This document shows, one piece after another, positions 19,696-29,740 of a DNA stretch of 64,000 nucleotides (the stretch's first letter is position 1; the number at the start of each line of letters is the position of its first letter). The stretch is taken from positions 124,001-188,000 of the IMG/VR virus record IMGVR_UViG_3300017528_000567; one strand, 5' to 3'. Position numbers and translations under genes: made by a program. The notes under the pieces were generated by a model, which saw only the letters and a program-made list of their open reading frames with translations, had not been told where the DNA came from and did not search any database.

Positions 19696-19733
19696 GGTTT
19701 TTCCTGGGCTCCTATTCTTCTTTGCCTAATGAC

Positions 19734-20360
19734 TCAGACCCGGAGGTCCAGGACTAGGAGTGAGGAGTTGGCGTCCGGAGCGACCTTGACGATACCAATC
19801 ACCGTGGCAACGCCAGGGGTGATGCTGTCCAGAGAGTCAGCGATGGTGTTCGTCAGCAGACCGTTGATCGAAGCATAGAGCTTGTCACCAACGGCATATG
19901 TGAGAGCAGCAAAACCGCCCGATTGCACCTTAGTCTCATAGATCGAAACGCCAACGCATGAGCCACTGCCGGTCACGTAAGGCGCACGACCTGATGCAAC
20001 ACCCGGCGTGTTCTCGAATGCGTTACCAAGCGCATCGTTCAAGAAGATCCCGAGAGGCAGGATGCCCGCAGCCACGCCACTGGCAGCCGCAGAGGCAGCC
20101 TTGGGGCCGCCGATATAGTTATTCCCGATGTCGCGGCGCGTGAAAGCCACCGATCCACCAAGAACGCCAACCTTAGTGATGCTGGCTAGAGTTGTAGACG
20201 TGGCGCCAATCGCGAGACCCCCGGGAGGATTAGCCTGTGTGAAACCATCCGGCGATAGCAGACCGACGCTGTTGCGGGTCACTACGTGGAACAGTTGAAC
20301 ACGACCAGACGTCTCACGGAAATCACCCGAGCTTTGGCCGCCGATTGCGAAAGTAGTCAT
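19734..20360 (-). CDS. Head decoration/cement protein
   Basis: Immediately upstream of the capsid gene; YAVGDKLYASINGLLT...IGIVKVAP pattern typical of cement proteins. Confidence 0.7.
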   Translation of the reverse strand: MTTFAIGGQSSGDFRETSGRVQLFHVVTRNSVGLLSPDGFTQANPPGGLAIGATSTTLASITKVGVLGGSVAFTRRDIGNNYIGGPKAASAAASGVAAGILPLGIFLNDALGNAFENTPGVASGRAPYVTGSGSCVGVSIYETKVQSGGFAALTYAVGDKLYASINGLLTNTIADSLDSITPGVATVIGIVKVAPDANSSLLVLDLRV

Positions 20361-20418
20361 TATTGACTTTTCTCCTTAGGGCGTGAAAACAGGGTGCTTT
20401 ACATTCGATCTAAATCTG

Positions 20419-20439
20419 AGGGGGAGCCGAGCTCCCCCT
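20419..20439 (-). other. GC-rich hairpin between the scaffold and decoration genes
   Basis: AGGGGGAG-CUCGG-CUCCCCCU with no U-tract; possible mRNA stabilising or processing element. Confidence 0.55.
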
Positions 20440-20446
20440 AAACACT

Positions 20447-21769
20447 TCACTTCAGGCCGAAGGCGTCACGGACATCCGGAGCCGACTGCCAGAGACTCGA
20501 CAACTTATCGACTACGGCGTTGTTACTAGCCGTCTTCGAAGTGCCGCCGCCTAGCTTGGACACGCCATCGCGGGGGCGGGTGCCAACGGTGCGAGTGCTC
20601 GCGGTACGACGCGAACCCTGCTTCTGTTGCGCCTGACCCTGGCCTTGACCCTGGTCCGACTCTTCTTCGTCGGCCTGCTCGTCCTGTGCGAACAGGGTGC
20701 GGAGGATCTCATCCTCGCCGGCAAGAACCACTTGATCCACGTCCATCGGCGCGGGCTCCATCTCGATATCGCCCTCTGCCATCGGGCCGCAAGACTCGTC
20801 CGCAAGCAGCTGCTCGAGCTCGTCATCATTGCCCACGGGGGCCTGTTGCTGTCCGAGGCCCTGCTGCTGGCCAAGACCTTGCTGCTGTCCGAGGCCCTGC
20901 TGCTGACCTACAGACTGTTGCTGTTGGCCCTGTTGCTGGCCTTGAGCCTGCTGAATCATCTGTTGCAGCTGCGACATCATCTGTTGCATCTGCGCTACCT
21001 GCTGCTGGTTCGCAGACTTGCTCGTGGGCCAGTTCTCATTGGACTTAGCGTTCTGATCGCCGCCATCGTCCTTCGACTGCTCCGAGCGCTTCTTCTTCGC
21101 CAAGAGTTTCCGAGCGGCAGCCTGCTTCTGCTGGCCGTCATCATCATCGTCGTCGTCGTCGTCGTCCTCGCCGCCCTGAGACTTCGCCTTCATCTTCTCG
21201 ATGTTCTCTTTGAACTGAGGGGGCACCTCACCGGCCTGCTTCTCCTGACCTTCGTCAGCATCGTCATCATCTTCGGCGAAGCCGTCATCATCATCGGCCT
21301 CCTCCTCGTCATCCGCCTCGGTCTGCTCAGCAGCCAACCGCTTGTGCGTATTGATGAGCTCCTGGTCCGGCACATACATGAGAGCGAACGCCTGGTCCTC
21401 GATTGCATCGATTCCCGCGACCTTGCCGCCCTTCAACATAAGCTTCGCAACCGCGACACAGAGCTCAGCCTTCTTCAGGCGAACTCGGTCAGAGGCAGTC
21501 TTCTCAGCGTGGTTAAACGTGTCTTTACGCATCTCCGGTAGTCCGATCTCATCGCGTGCAGTCTGGCCATCCGAGTACTCGGCTTCCCAAGTGTTGGGTG
21601 AATGAACATCTTCGGCGAAGTCAGACGGGTCGCCGATCACGTACTCGTCCATTCCAGGTTGAGGGTGATCTTGGTTCATCGAATAGATATCGCCCGCGAC
21701 TTCAGCTGCCTGCTTCTTGGCAGCCTGCCTCGCGATCTCTTGAAGATTCCAGGTTGAGCGTTCACGCAT
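20447..21769 (-). CDS. Capsid scaffolding protein
   Basis: Acidic, Gln-rich low-complexity protein between the protease and capsid genes; many KxA motifs. Confidence 0.7.
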   Translation of the reverse strand: MRERSTWNLQEIARQAAKKQAAEVAGDIYSMNQDHPQPGMDEYVIGDPSDFAEDVHSPNTWEAEYSDGQTARDEIGLPEMRKDTFNHAEKTASDRVRLKKAELCVAVAKLMLKGGKVAGIDAIEDQAFALMYVPDQELINTHKRLAAEQTEADDEEEADDDDGFAEDDDDADEGQEKQAGEVPPQFKENIEKMKAKSQGGEDDDDDDDDDDGQQKQAAARKLLAKKKRSEQSKDDGGDQNAKSNENWPTSKSANQQQVAQMQQMMSQLQQMIQQAQGQQQGQQQQSVGQQQGLGQQQGLGQQQGLGQQQAPVGNDDELEQLLADESCGPMAEGDIEMEPAPMDVDQVVLAGEDEILRTLFAQDEQADEEESDQGQGQGQAQQKQGSRRTASTRTVGTRPRDGVSKLGGGTSKTASNNAVVDKLSSLWQSAPDVRDAFGLK

Positions 21770-21817
21770 GGCAGGGTTTCCTTTTTTCCTCGTAGGCTTG
21801 CAGTTGTATAGAAAGAA

Positions 21818-23383
21818 TCACGACCGACCTAAGGCGTAGAGTCTGCCCTTCTCAAGAAGCTTACTCGCCTCAGAGCCGGTCACTACCCGGCCAATTACCT
21901 GACGGCACGCCGCCAAGTAGGTCTCATCATCTTCATATGGAGCGGTACCGCCCACACTTAGTACCGTCCTATAAACTCTTGTTTCACCAGCCATTGACGA
22001 TTTCTTCGTCAAAACATCCAGCATGCGAGAAACCGCGAGGATCTCTCGGCCTGTTAGACCGGCTTGCCTCACTCGACGCCATCCACCATTCTTCTGGAGG
22101 ATCAGCCCTTGTAAGACCCGCTTGGCTTGAGCTTTTCCAACAAACGAAAGAACGATCCTAGCAATGCGGCGCCACTGAGGGTGCACTAGAGCCGAGCGGA
22201 TCAAGCTCTCATTCTGTTTGTTGTTGTCGACGACTTCACGAACCTCGTTCGGTCCGCCCTTGCTGATCTCTTCGCGAACATGCTCGATGGCCTTGTCCCG
22301 CAACGCAGTAGAGAGATCCTTGACCGCCTTGTTGATGGGGTCTTCATCTTCACCTCCGGGGGGAGCTGGCGCCGGTGCACCCTCCGCGGGAGCTTCCGCA
22401 GGAGCTTGACCCTGCTCGGGAGCGGCCTGCTCTGCGGGCGCTTGCTCTGCCGGTGCTTGTTGCTGTGCAGGGGCCTCTGTCTGCTGCTGTTGCCCTTGGC
22501 CAAACAGTGAGCGAGCGGCTTTCGCGACCCCTCCTGGGATCGGCGCCGGGGCGGCTTTCGAGAAAGCCATGTGGAGCTTGTTTTCAACCTGCGCGACTTC
22601 TTTGGCAGACAGCACCCCACGCAACACCGCACCCTTGAAGGCCGGGTTAGCTACCCACGAGGCCTCGATAAACCTAACCGACGTAGGGTCCGTGTGGTGC
22701 CCGCAGAGCTCGGCCACTTTTCGTGGGGTCGCCGATTCGTCCACGAACTGCTGACCCTTGAAATAGCGGATGCACGCACACAACTGCGTTTCGTCTTTGG
22801 CGACGTTGCCGCACTTCGTGCAGGTCGTTGAGCTCGTGGAGCAACCCATGGAGAGCGTCCCGAGCTGGCCAGACTTGATCGAGCGGATGAGCGCCGCGTG
22901 CTTCAAGTCGTTGGCGATCAGAATGTCGACGTAGACCGAATCCCCGATGTCACGAGCCGCCGCATCAATGATGCGTCCCTGAGAGAGCTCGGGGATCTGG
23001 ACGTGCTCGATGTACGACTGCGCCCCAACAAACGACTTGAACGATGACATGAGCAGCTTGCGCTCGAACGCATCGTTGTTGTTGTTGATAAACCGCTGCG
23101 TTGCGGGCGTGACGTAGTAGTCCTGAAAGGGCCGGTTAACCTCGAAGCCCTCGACAAAGTGACGTCCAACAGGGGCGCTCGCGTTGTCAACGTCAACGGA
23201 TGCGACGATCGTCGCGTGACTCAACATGTACCTGCTGGGGTCGTACTCCTGTAGGATGACCCGAGCGGTCCGCTTCTGAAAATCGAGCTCCGGCAAGATC
23301 GCTGTACGACGCAAAGCATCCCACTCGGCGAACTTGATTCCCGGCTTCTGGAGTTTTGCTTTAGCGAACTTGAGAAACGCCAA
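21818..23383 (-). CDS. Prohead (maturation) protease, HK97/assemblin-type, with Cys-rich insert
   Basis: YIEHVQ...GRIIDA (candidate His), GQLGTLSMGC (candidate Ser), RFIEASWVANPAF; CTKC..CAC insert; upstream of the scaffold. Confidence 0.8.
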   Translation of the reverse strand: MAFLKFAKAKLQKPGIKFAEWDALRRTAILPELDFQKRTARVILQEYDPSRYMLSHATIVASVDVDNASAPVGRHFVEGFEVNRPFQDYYVTPATQRFINNNNDAFERKLLMSSFKSFVGAQSYIEHVQIPELSQGRIIDAAARDIGDSVYVDILIANDLKHAALIRSIKSGQLGTLSMGCSTSSTTCTKCGNVAKDETQLCACIRYFKGQQFVDESATPRKVAELCGHHTDPTSVRFIEASWVANPAFKGAVLRGVLSAKEVAQVENKLHMAFSKAAPAPIPGGVAKAARSLFGQGQQQQTEAPAQQQAPAEQAPAEQAAPEQGQAPAEAPAEGAPAPAPPGGEDEDPINKAVKDLSTALRDKAIEHVREEISKGGPNEVREVVDNNKQNESLIRSALVHPQWRRIARIVLSFVGKAQAKRVLQGLILQKNGGWRRVRQAGLTGREILAVSRMLDVLTKKSSMAGETRVYRTVLSVGGTAPYEDDETYLAACRQVIGRVVTGSEASKLLEKGRLYALGRS

Positions 23384-23389
23384 GACTAC

Positions 23390-24109
23390 TCACCATCCAA
23401 TCGGTTCACCCAGTGGCCCAACGAGTGCGTCGGACTTGAGCAAAAAGAGGTCTTTCGGGCACGCGAACAAACGGACGCGGGCGCCCTTGTCCATCTTGTA
23501 GGTTGTGCGACGCATCTCGGTCGCACACTTTGGGCAACGAGGCTTGCCGACCTCGACTTCACCTGTGGTGAGCCGATACTGGCGGTTCTGTGCAACCCAG
23601 TATGCTGCCGTCTTTGCAATGTGCTGCTTGATCCGCAGGTCCCGCAGCCGCTCCCCCAGTCGATAGAACTTCTGAACTTCGGCCCGTAGCCCGTCATCAT
23701 CCACGCCTTGAGCGGCGTATCGATGCCACGCGTCATCGTAAGCGGCCACCTCAGAAGAGCCCGACGCCCAGCTCTTAGCTAGGCTTGTGTAGAACCCACG
23801 CGGGAGCTTAGAGCCGGCCCATGGGCTCGTAGTCGCCCACTTCTTACGGGCCTTCTCGATATCGTAACTGCTGTAAGACTGGTCGAACTCAGGGGGCAAG
23901 AATTGCGCGACCGCTGGGTTGACCTTGACAACATCATCCGCGCTCACTCGTTCGTTGCCGTGAGGCCATTGAACGTCTAAGTAGCCAAGGCCGCGGTGGA
24001 CCGCCGTCACCCTACCAACGAAAGGCGACAATGCGATGGACGTCGGCACAAACCTATGCACGATGTCCCCTCGCTTGAAACCAGCCGCAAGTTTCCAGAG
24101 GTCTATCAT
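23390..24109 (-). CDS. Hypothetical protein with SH3-like N-terminus and C-terminal zinc ribbon
   Basis: FKRGDIVHRF..VGRV..DVQWP at the N-terminus; CPKC...LFAC at the C-terminus. Confidence 0.65.
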   Translation of the reverse strand: MIDLWKLAAGFKRGDIVHRFVPTSIALSPFVGRVTAVHRGLGYLDVQWPHGNERVSADDVVKVNPAVAQFLPPEFDQSYSSYDIEKARKKWATTSPWAGSKLPRGFYTSLAKSWASGSSEVAAYDDAWHRYAAQGVDDDGLRAEVQKFYRLGERLRDLRIKQHIAKTAAYWVAQNRQYRLTTGEVEVGKPRCPKCATEMRRTTYKMDKGARVRLFACPKDLFLLKSDALVGPLGEPIGW

Positions 24110-24171
24110 CGACTTTCCTCGTACTTCTTCAGATGTCCCCTTGGAACGATTGCAGGCATGGATCTTTCAGT

Positions 24172-27100
24172 TCACTTAGCTAGCGGGCGACCGGAAGTAG
24201 ACTTTCCAGTGTGGACCGCCGATGACTGGTCATCCTTGTAGGCCTTCATGTACGGCTCGTCAGCCTCGGTCTGAATCGGCTGCATTGGATTCTTGAACGC
24301 GTCCATGTACTTCTCATCGGAGTCACGCTGGAGCACCTGAGCCAGCTTCCCCCGACCGATCTCGCTCGCCTGGCGATTCAGCAGCGAATCAGTCCCGTAG
24401 GTAGCGGTTTCGAGGTCATCAGCGATCTTATCGATCGCGTTCACCAGATTCTTAGCCGCCGTGAAGTCCATCCCCCACTTGCTGTGGTTAGACTGGACAA
24501 CAGAGGCCACGCGGTCCAAGCGGGCCAACAGCTTGTCGGCTTGGGCGGTCTCGAGTTGAAGTTTGTTGTTCGGCATGGTGTTCCTCGCAGTTCGTGATCT
24601 AACCGTCAGTAAGGTCTCGTCCTCAGACACGCCCGCTAGGCGCGCCAAAAGCTTGTTGTAAACAGTCGGATGGATTGCGTGGTCGTAGTTCTCAGCGCGC
24701 AATGCGAGGTCCAGTGCGGCACGCAACTGGGTGTCGCGAACAACGCCATCGATCTTCGTCGACAACGCGGGCGTGGAGAGCCACTCGCGAGCTGCCTTTA
24801 GCAGTCGGGTATAGTCCGACGCAGCCAGGTCTCTAGCCTGTGGCTGCTCCCACCCGCGGTAAGGCTCAAACCCCTCGTGGCCTTTCGGATAGGGGGCAAC
24901 ACCCCAATAGACAGCTGATCGATCCATCGGACTAGTAGCGGAATAAAAGGAAAAGGTGTGCCCCGAGCTCCTGGCCGCTACGCGCAGAGCGATGCTCTGG
25001 TCCGAGGCGAACCGAGACATGAAGCTGTCCCAAACGGCTGATGAGGCGTCCGCCAACCACTTCGGGACCTTGGCCTTCCCGGTATACCTAGGCGGCTTGA
25101 TCGGTATCTGCGGGGCTATGATGTTCGACTGGAGTAGACGATCTTCGACCTTGAGAGGTCGCTTCCCAGGTTTGCCACCAGCCTTCTTCTTCGCTTTGTA
25201 TTCCTTGAGCTCGGCGTCGTATTCCTGGGTCGCCCGTTCCTTGTGCTTTTCGTAGCCCTTGGCGGCCTTCTCATACTGTTTCAGGTCTTTGTCGTACCGC
25301 CGACTGTCATCGTGATCGAACAACTCCTGCACGGCACTCAGCTTCTCCGGCCGGAGGCCTGCGAGCTGTTTCATCACACGGTCGCGAAATGTCCGGTGCG
25401 TATCCTGGACCGTTGTGCCCTGGGGATAGCGCTTGTCCTTTTCCTCCAGATAGGCGCTGGCCTCACGGATACCTTCCGCGATTTCTTTGGGGGACTGATG
25501 CTCGGAAATGTTCTTTCCGTCCGCCGAAGTCAGAAACAGCTTCCGGGCCTGACGATAGTCATTGGCCTGGCAATAACCGACGATCAGCTTCTGCATCGCC
25601 GGATCCTTGGTCGAGCTCAAGAGCTTCTGAACCTCCTGATCTGACACTGGCGGCACAGGCGTTCTTTTATCCAAGCCTGCCTTGAACAGGTCGGAGGCCT
25701 CTTGCGTCGCCCGCTGGAAACGATCAGTGGGCATCTCTGAAAAGCTAGACAGCGCGAAGTTAGACATCACGCTTGCGAGCTCCTTGGGAGTTCCGCGCTG
25801 CTGAAAGCTACCAGCCAGCGCGTCTTGAGCCGCCAGGCTCATCGCAACGCCTTGGACTTGATGCTTACGGTTAGCTCGCGCCTTCTCGACTGGGTCCGTA
25901 ATACTATCGAAGGGGACGGTGCTCCCATCGGCCAATTCGACCGTTGTGGGAGACGCCACCGCATTCGGATCAGTGGTGTAGAATGGCGCCGCCTGTTTCA
26001 GTAGAGATTGGATATCCTTGGGGGCCGGCGTCGCCCTCGCCACATTGTAGTCTTTGATGATCTGCTGTATCTCATCCGGGTGATAGCTCGGCTTGGAGAA
26101 CATCAGCTTTTTGGCGATGTCCATCGGAAACGTCTGCATTAGAAGGCGGTCTGCCGCCGCGACTTCAGAGTGTCGGACGGGGCGCTGCGGTTGTGATGGG
26201 TCAAACTTAGGCGGGGGTTCCTCCTCGCTCTGGCTCTTGCCCTTGCCTTTACCCTTGCCTTTACCCTTGCCTGCAGGTGGCTGACCCGCGGCGGGTGCAG
26301 CGGCGCCAGGTGCTGGCGGAGCTCCGGTTGCGGGTGGGGTCGGTTGAGCCGGTGCAGCAGGAGCTCCGGGGGCTGCTCCTGGTTGCGCTGGCGCTGCACC
26401 TGGGGCTGGCGCTGCACCCGGTTGTGCAGGGGCCGCTCCTGGTTGTGCTGGGGCTGCTCCTGGAGCGGGCGCCGCGCCTGGTTCTGCGGGCGGGGTACCT
26501 TCGGCGGCAGGGGCTGGCGGGGCTCCGGGGGCCGGGCCTTTAGGCTTTTTCTGTTTCGGCTTTTTCTGCGCAGCAGCTTCTGCTTGCTCTTTTGCGGCGA
26601 GAGCGGCTTTTGTCTCTGCCAGCTCCTTGGCGATCTGGTCATATTCCGCGAGCGCCTTGAGAGCCTCCTTGATGGCAGCTCTGTCCGCCTTTGCGCCCTC
26701 CGACTTCGGATCCTCTTTCAGCTCCTCCTTAATGCCTTTCAAACGCTCTTGGAGCTGAGCACGATCTCGGCTCGTATCAACCGGCTTGGCCTCCTGCTCT
26801 GGTTCCTTAGCACCAGGTTTCTTTGGGCCTTTCTTGGGCTTCGGTGCTTCGCCTTGAACGGCAAGAACCCGCGCGAGGTCCCCCATCGTCTTGACACCCT
26901 CGGGCGGGGTCTTGCCCTGCATGAACGCCTTAGCGCTATACCCGGGGTTATTCTTAGCGAACTGGGAACTGTCCGACTCGGGCTTCCGGAATGACTTTAG
27001 GAAGCTGTCGAACTTGGGATCGTCCTTCGCCAACTCTCGCAGCGCATCACGCGCCGCCATGTCCTTCTCGACATTCCCAGGGGCCGGCGCGTCGGACTGC

Positions 27101-27516
27101 GGGGCCTTCTTCTCTTCTGGCTTAGGCTTGCCCTTTGACTTGAACGTCTCCTCTGCGGAATCGTCCGCGAGCTCATATTTACCAGGCAGCTCCTTAAGTT
27201 TGTCTTCACTGATCTGACCAACCCAGCCAGTGGCTTTGGATCGGACTTTGACCTTCTTGGCTTCGGGCTTAGTAGCCTTGGTCCCCGGAGCCGCGGCCCA
27301 CCGGCGCAAAACCCTCGCCGCGACCGACCCCCCGATGTCTTTGAAGTTCTTAGAGAGGTCCTTATCCCTACCGGCTAGGTCAGGATCGTCGTCGACTTCC
27401 ACCCGCTCCCTACGTAGGTCATGCCGTGCCGGCTTAACCTTGGGGCTCGGGCGAACAAGCCTCTCGACTTCTTCATCCTCCCGCTCTCCGCGGCTTTTCG
27501 TAGCTTCGCGATCCAT
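24172..27516 (-). CDS. Large multi-segment head-associated protein (1114 aa)
   Basis: Between the portal and protease genes; Pro/Ala linker of PAQPGAA repeats; RVLRRW and RVAAR tags. Confidence 0.7.
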   Translation of the reverse strand: MDREATKSRGEREDEEVERLVRPSPKVKPARHDLRRERVEVDDDPDLAGRDKDLSKNFKDIGGSVAARVLRRWAAAPGTKATKPEAKKVKVRSKATGWVGQISEDKLKELPGKYELADDSAEETFKSKGKPKPEEKKAPQSDAPAPGNVEKDMAARDALRELAKDDPKFDSFLKSFRKPESDSSQFAKNNPGYSAKAFMQGKTPPEGVKTMGDLARVLAVQGEAPKPKKGPKKPGAKEPEQEAKPVDTSRDRAQLQERLKGIKEELKEDPKSEGAKADRAAIKEALKALAEYDQIAKELAETKAALAAKEQAEAAAQKKPKQKKPKGPAPGAPPAPAAEGTPPAEPGAAPAPGAAPAQPGAAPAQPGAAPAPGAAPAQPGAAPGAPAAPAQPTPPATGAPPAPGAAAPAAGQPPAGKGKGKGKGKGKSQSEEEPPPKFDPSQPQRPVRHSEVAAADRLLMQTFPMDIAKKLMFSKPSYHPDEIQQIIKDYNVARATPAPKDIQSLLKQAAPFYTTDPNAVASPTTVELADGSTVPFDSITDPVEKARANRKHQVQGVAMSLAAQDALAGSFQQRGTPKELASVMSNFALSSFSEMPTDRFQRATQEASDLFKAGLDKRTPVPPVSDQEVQKLLSSTKDPAMQKLIVGYCQANDYRQARKLFLTSADGKNISEHQSPKEIAEGIREASAYLEEKDKRYPQGTTVQDTHRTFRDRVMKQLAGLRPEKLSAVQELFDHDDSRRYDKDLKQYEKAAKGYEKHKERATQEYDAELKEYKAKKKAGGKPGKRPLKVEDRLLQSNIIAPQIPIKPPRYTGKAKVPKWLADASSAVWDSFMSRFASDQSIALRVAARSSGHTFSFYSATSPMDRSAVYWGVAPYPKGHEGFEPYRGWEQPQARDLAASDYTRLLKAAREWLSTPALSTKIDGVVRDTQLRAALDLALRAENYDHAIHPTVYNKLLARLAGVSEDETLLTVRSRTARNTMPNNKLQLETAQADKLLARLDRVASVVQSNHSKWGMDFTAAKNLVNAIDKIADDLETATYGTDSLLNRQASEIGRGKLAQVLQRDSDEKYMDAFKNPMQPIQTEADEPYMKAYKDDQSSAVHTGKSTSGRPLAK

Positions 27517-27542
27517 TCGATAGGAACGGATTCATCGAAAGA

Positions 27543-29318
27543 TCACCCAAAGCGGTCATCGGGGGGCGCCTCTTGCTCCACCTTCTTGAGGCCAAGAGTC
27601 TTGATCAGGCGATCCGTCACGTCAGTCTTGCCGATCAGTTCAGTCGATACCGCGCCGTAGATACCGCGCATCAGCTCGTTGAACAGAGCGTCGTTGACCG
27701 TGAACAGGTCGCGCTCCAACTTCACTCTGGTGTCATCGGGGTCGATGTTGAACATCTCCAGGATGAGCGAGATATCGATCGAGCCCTTGTTGTAGAGATT
27801 GAACAGGGCGTCGTACGTGTCCTGCGAATCGCGCAAAGGCAACCGGGTGAACGAGAGGCGCGGAAACAACACAACCTCCCCGCCCCACTGGTTCTTCTCA
27901 ACGAAACCCTTACGGCGAGCCACGGGCTTGAAAATGTGCTTCTCGACATATTCCTGCAGCATCTCGCGCAGGAACATGTACCGGGTGTTGATCACCTCCA
28001 GCTTGAGGCGATCTCCCGAGTACAGTTGCTCGCCGGAGAGCAAGCTCTCTGTAACGCCAAGCCCAGCGAACAGCTGCTTATCTGTGATCTCGTACTCGCT
28101 CGAGAGGTCCAGCAGCCGGTCCTTGGACCCCATTTCCTCCCAATGGACCTCGTAGTTCGCGACGATCGAGTAGTCCGGATCCACCAGCGACAGGTCGACC
28201 TGCTCGCGTAGATCCATCACGTCGAGCTCGGAGATTTTGTCACCCCAAACGATGCGCTTCGGTGTCATGGCGCGGGATGCGATCTGCGTCTGCGCTTGCC
28301 GCAACTTCTCGCGGTACATCAAAGTGCGCAGTACGCGATCGAGAATGCTCTGACCAAGGTCCTCACCCGCACCGCGGCGACCCGCCAAGTAATAGACGAA
28401 TGAGCCCTCATCCGCGTCGGTCCCCAGTGGGATGAGCTTGCCCTGCTCTAGGTGGTTGCGCACCTCTTCCGGGATCTCGCGAACCATCTCCTCCGCGAAG
28501 TCATCGCCGGCCTTGGCTTGCTCGATGAGCGCGCGGTCGCGGTCTGCCGGGATCAACTCGACCTTCATCTTGTCGGTGAACGAATAGGTGGTGACCTTCA
28601 CCTGGTCGATCGGCAAGACGATGATCCGGTCCCATCCTCGGTAGTATTTCTGATAGTACGCGAGCTCCTGGTCCTCTCGGTCGGGCCGCTCAACCCGAGT
28701 GACGTCATCTTCTTCGACCGCTTCGCCGTCCTCGGTGACCTTCGATTTTGTCCCAACCGACTTCGAGTCAAACCCGACGTCATCGGGAACATCCACGGTC
28801 GAGTCCTCTGCGAACGAGAACACCGACCCATCCAGCCAGTAGTGGTGAACCATCGTCACCAACCGCTGAAACAGCTTGATTCGGTCGCACATCTCTTGAA
28901 AGAACCAAAGGATGTAGTTGCCGTAGTCGTGCGCGTCCTTGAATCCTTCCGGAAAGGACGTTGGCTTGGGCGTAGCAAGTCGCACCTTGGACAGCGGGAG
29001 CTCGGTATGCAGGTCGATCGATTGCCCAACGATCGGGTCCGTGTTGTAAAAGTGCCGGTAGAGCTCGCGCTTCTCGCGCAGAGACTGCGGCAACTCCAGG
29101 AAGTCGGTTGAGAGCTGCGGCGAGAAGAACTGGCCAGCTGTGGCCAGCGACGTGTTCATCGAACCGCCATCATTGGCCTTCTTCAGTCGCCGGGCCTCTC
29201 GCTCCTTCTCAGTAAGCCCGTTGACCGGGCTCTTGGCCACGTACGGGCGGCTCTGAAGCTTCGTGGTCTGGGGTAGCTGTACCCCGCGTCTAACGTTGGT
29301 GAAATCTTTTGCCATCAC
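27543..29318 (-). CDS. Portal protein
   Basis: 591 aa downstream of the terminase; portal-like N-terminus (YRHFYNTDPIVGQSIDLHTELP) and GVTESLLSG segment. Confidence 0.8.
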   Translation of the reverse strand: MMAKDFTNVRRGVQLPQTTKLQSRPYVAKSPVNGLTEKEREARRLKKANDGGSMNTSLATAGQFFSPQLSTDFLELPQSLREKRELYRHFYNTDPIVGQSIDLHTELPLSKVRLATPKPTSFPEGFKDAHDYGNYILWFFQEMCDRIKLFQRLVTMVHHYWLDGSVFSFAEDSTVDVPDDVGFDSKSVGTKSKVTEDGEAVEEDDVTRVERPDREDQELAYYQKYYRGWDRIIVLPIDQVKVTTYSFTDKMKVELIPADRDRALIEQAKAGDDFAEEMVREIPEEVRNHLEQGKLIPLGTDADEGSFVYYLAGRRGAGEDLGQSILDRVLRTLMYREKLRQAQTQIASRAMTPKRIVWGDKISELDVMDLREQVDLSLVDPDYSIVANYEVHWEEMGSKDRLLDLSSEYEITDKQLFAGLGVTESLLSGEQLYSGDRLKLEVINTRYMFLREMLQEYVEKHIFKPVARRKGFVEKNQWGGEVVLFPRLSFTRLPLRDSQDTYDALFNLYNKGSIDISLILEMFNIDPDDTRVKLERDLFTVNDALFNELMRGIYGAVSTELIGKTDVTDRLIKTLGLKKVEQEAPPDDRFG

Positions 29319-29740
29319 TCAGCACCACTTGCGTCCCCGTCCACCACTGCTTGGATGACGCCATCCGTGAGGTCTGAGTCTTCTCCATACATATTGAGCA
29401 GAGACTCCACTGGAGTGGAGGCCACGGGGGCCTGCTTGAGAGGTGGTTTGACAATAGATTCTGCAGCTGCGGGTTCAGGAGTTAGGCCCTTGAGAATCCT
29501 GGCCCCCACCGACGCTCGTTTAATCCCTTGCCCCGCCATGCCCGCAAACCGAGACCATGTCGTCGCGAACCGCATGTAAATAGCCGTGTTGTCGTTGGCC
29601 GGAGCTCGGCGCACCCGCTGGTAAAGGCTCTGAGAGAGGCCGTGGATACGTGCCACGCGAGACTGCAGCTCCTGATGGAGGGTATTGATCTCCGCGACAA
29701 TGGCAGCGGGCTCCATGCGATCGGGCGGAGTCAGATTCAT
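29315..29740 (-). CDS. Hypothetical protein upstream of the portal gene
   Basis: Start moved to ATG 29740, which overlaps the upstream stop (ATGA). Confidence 0.65.
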   Translation of the reverse strand: MNLTPPDRMEPAAIVAEINTLHQELQSRVARIHGLSQSLYQRVRRAPANDNTAIYMRFATTWSRFAGMAGQGIKRASVGARILKGLTPEPAAAESIVKPPLKQAPVASTPVESLLNMYGEDSDLTDGVIQAVVDGDASGAE

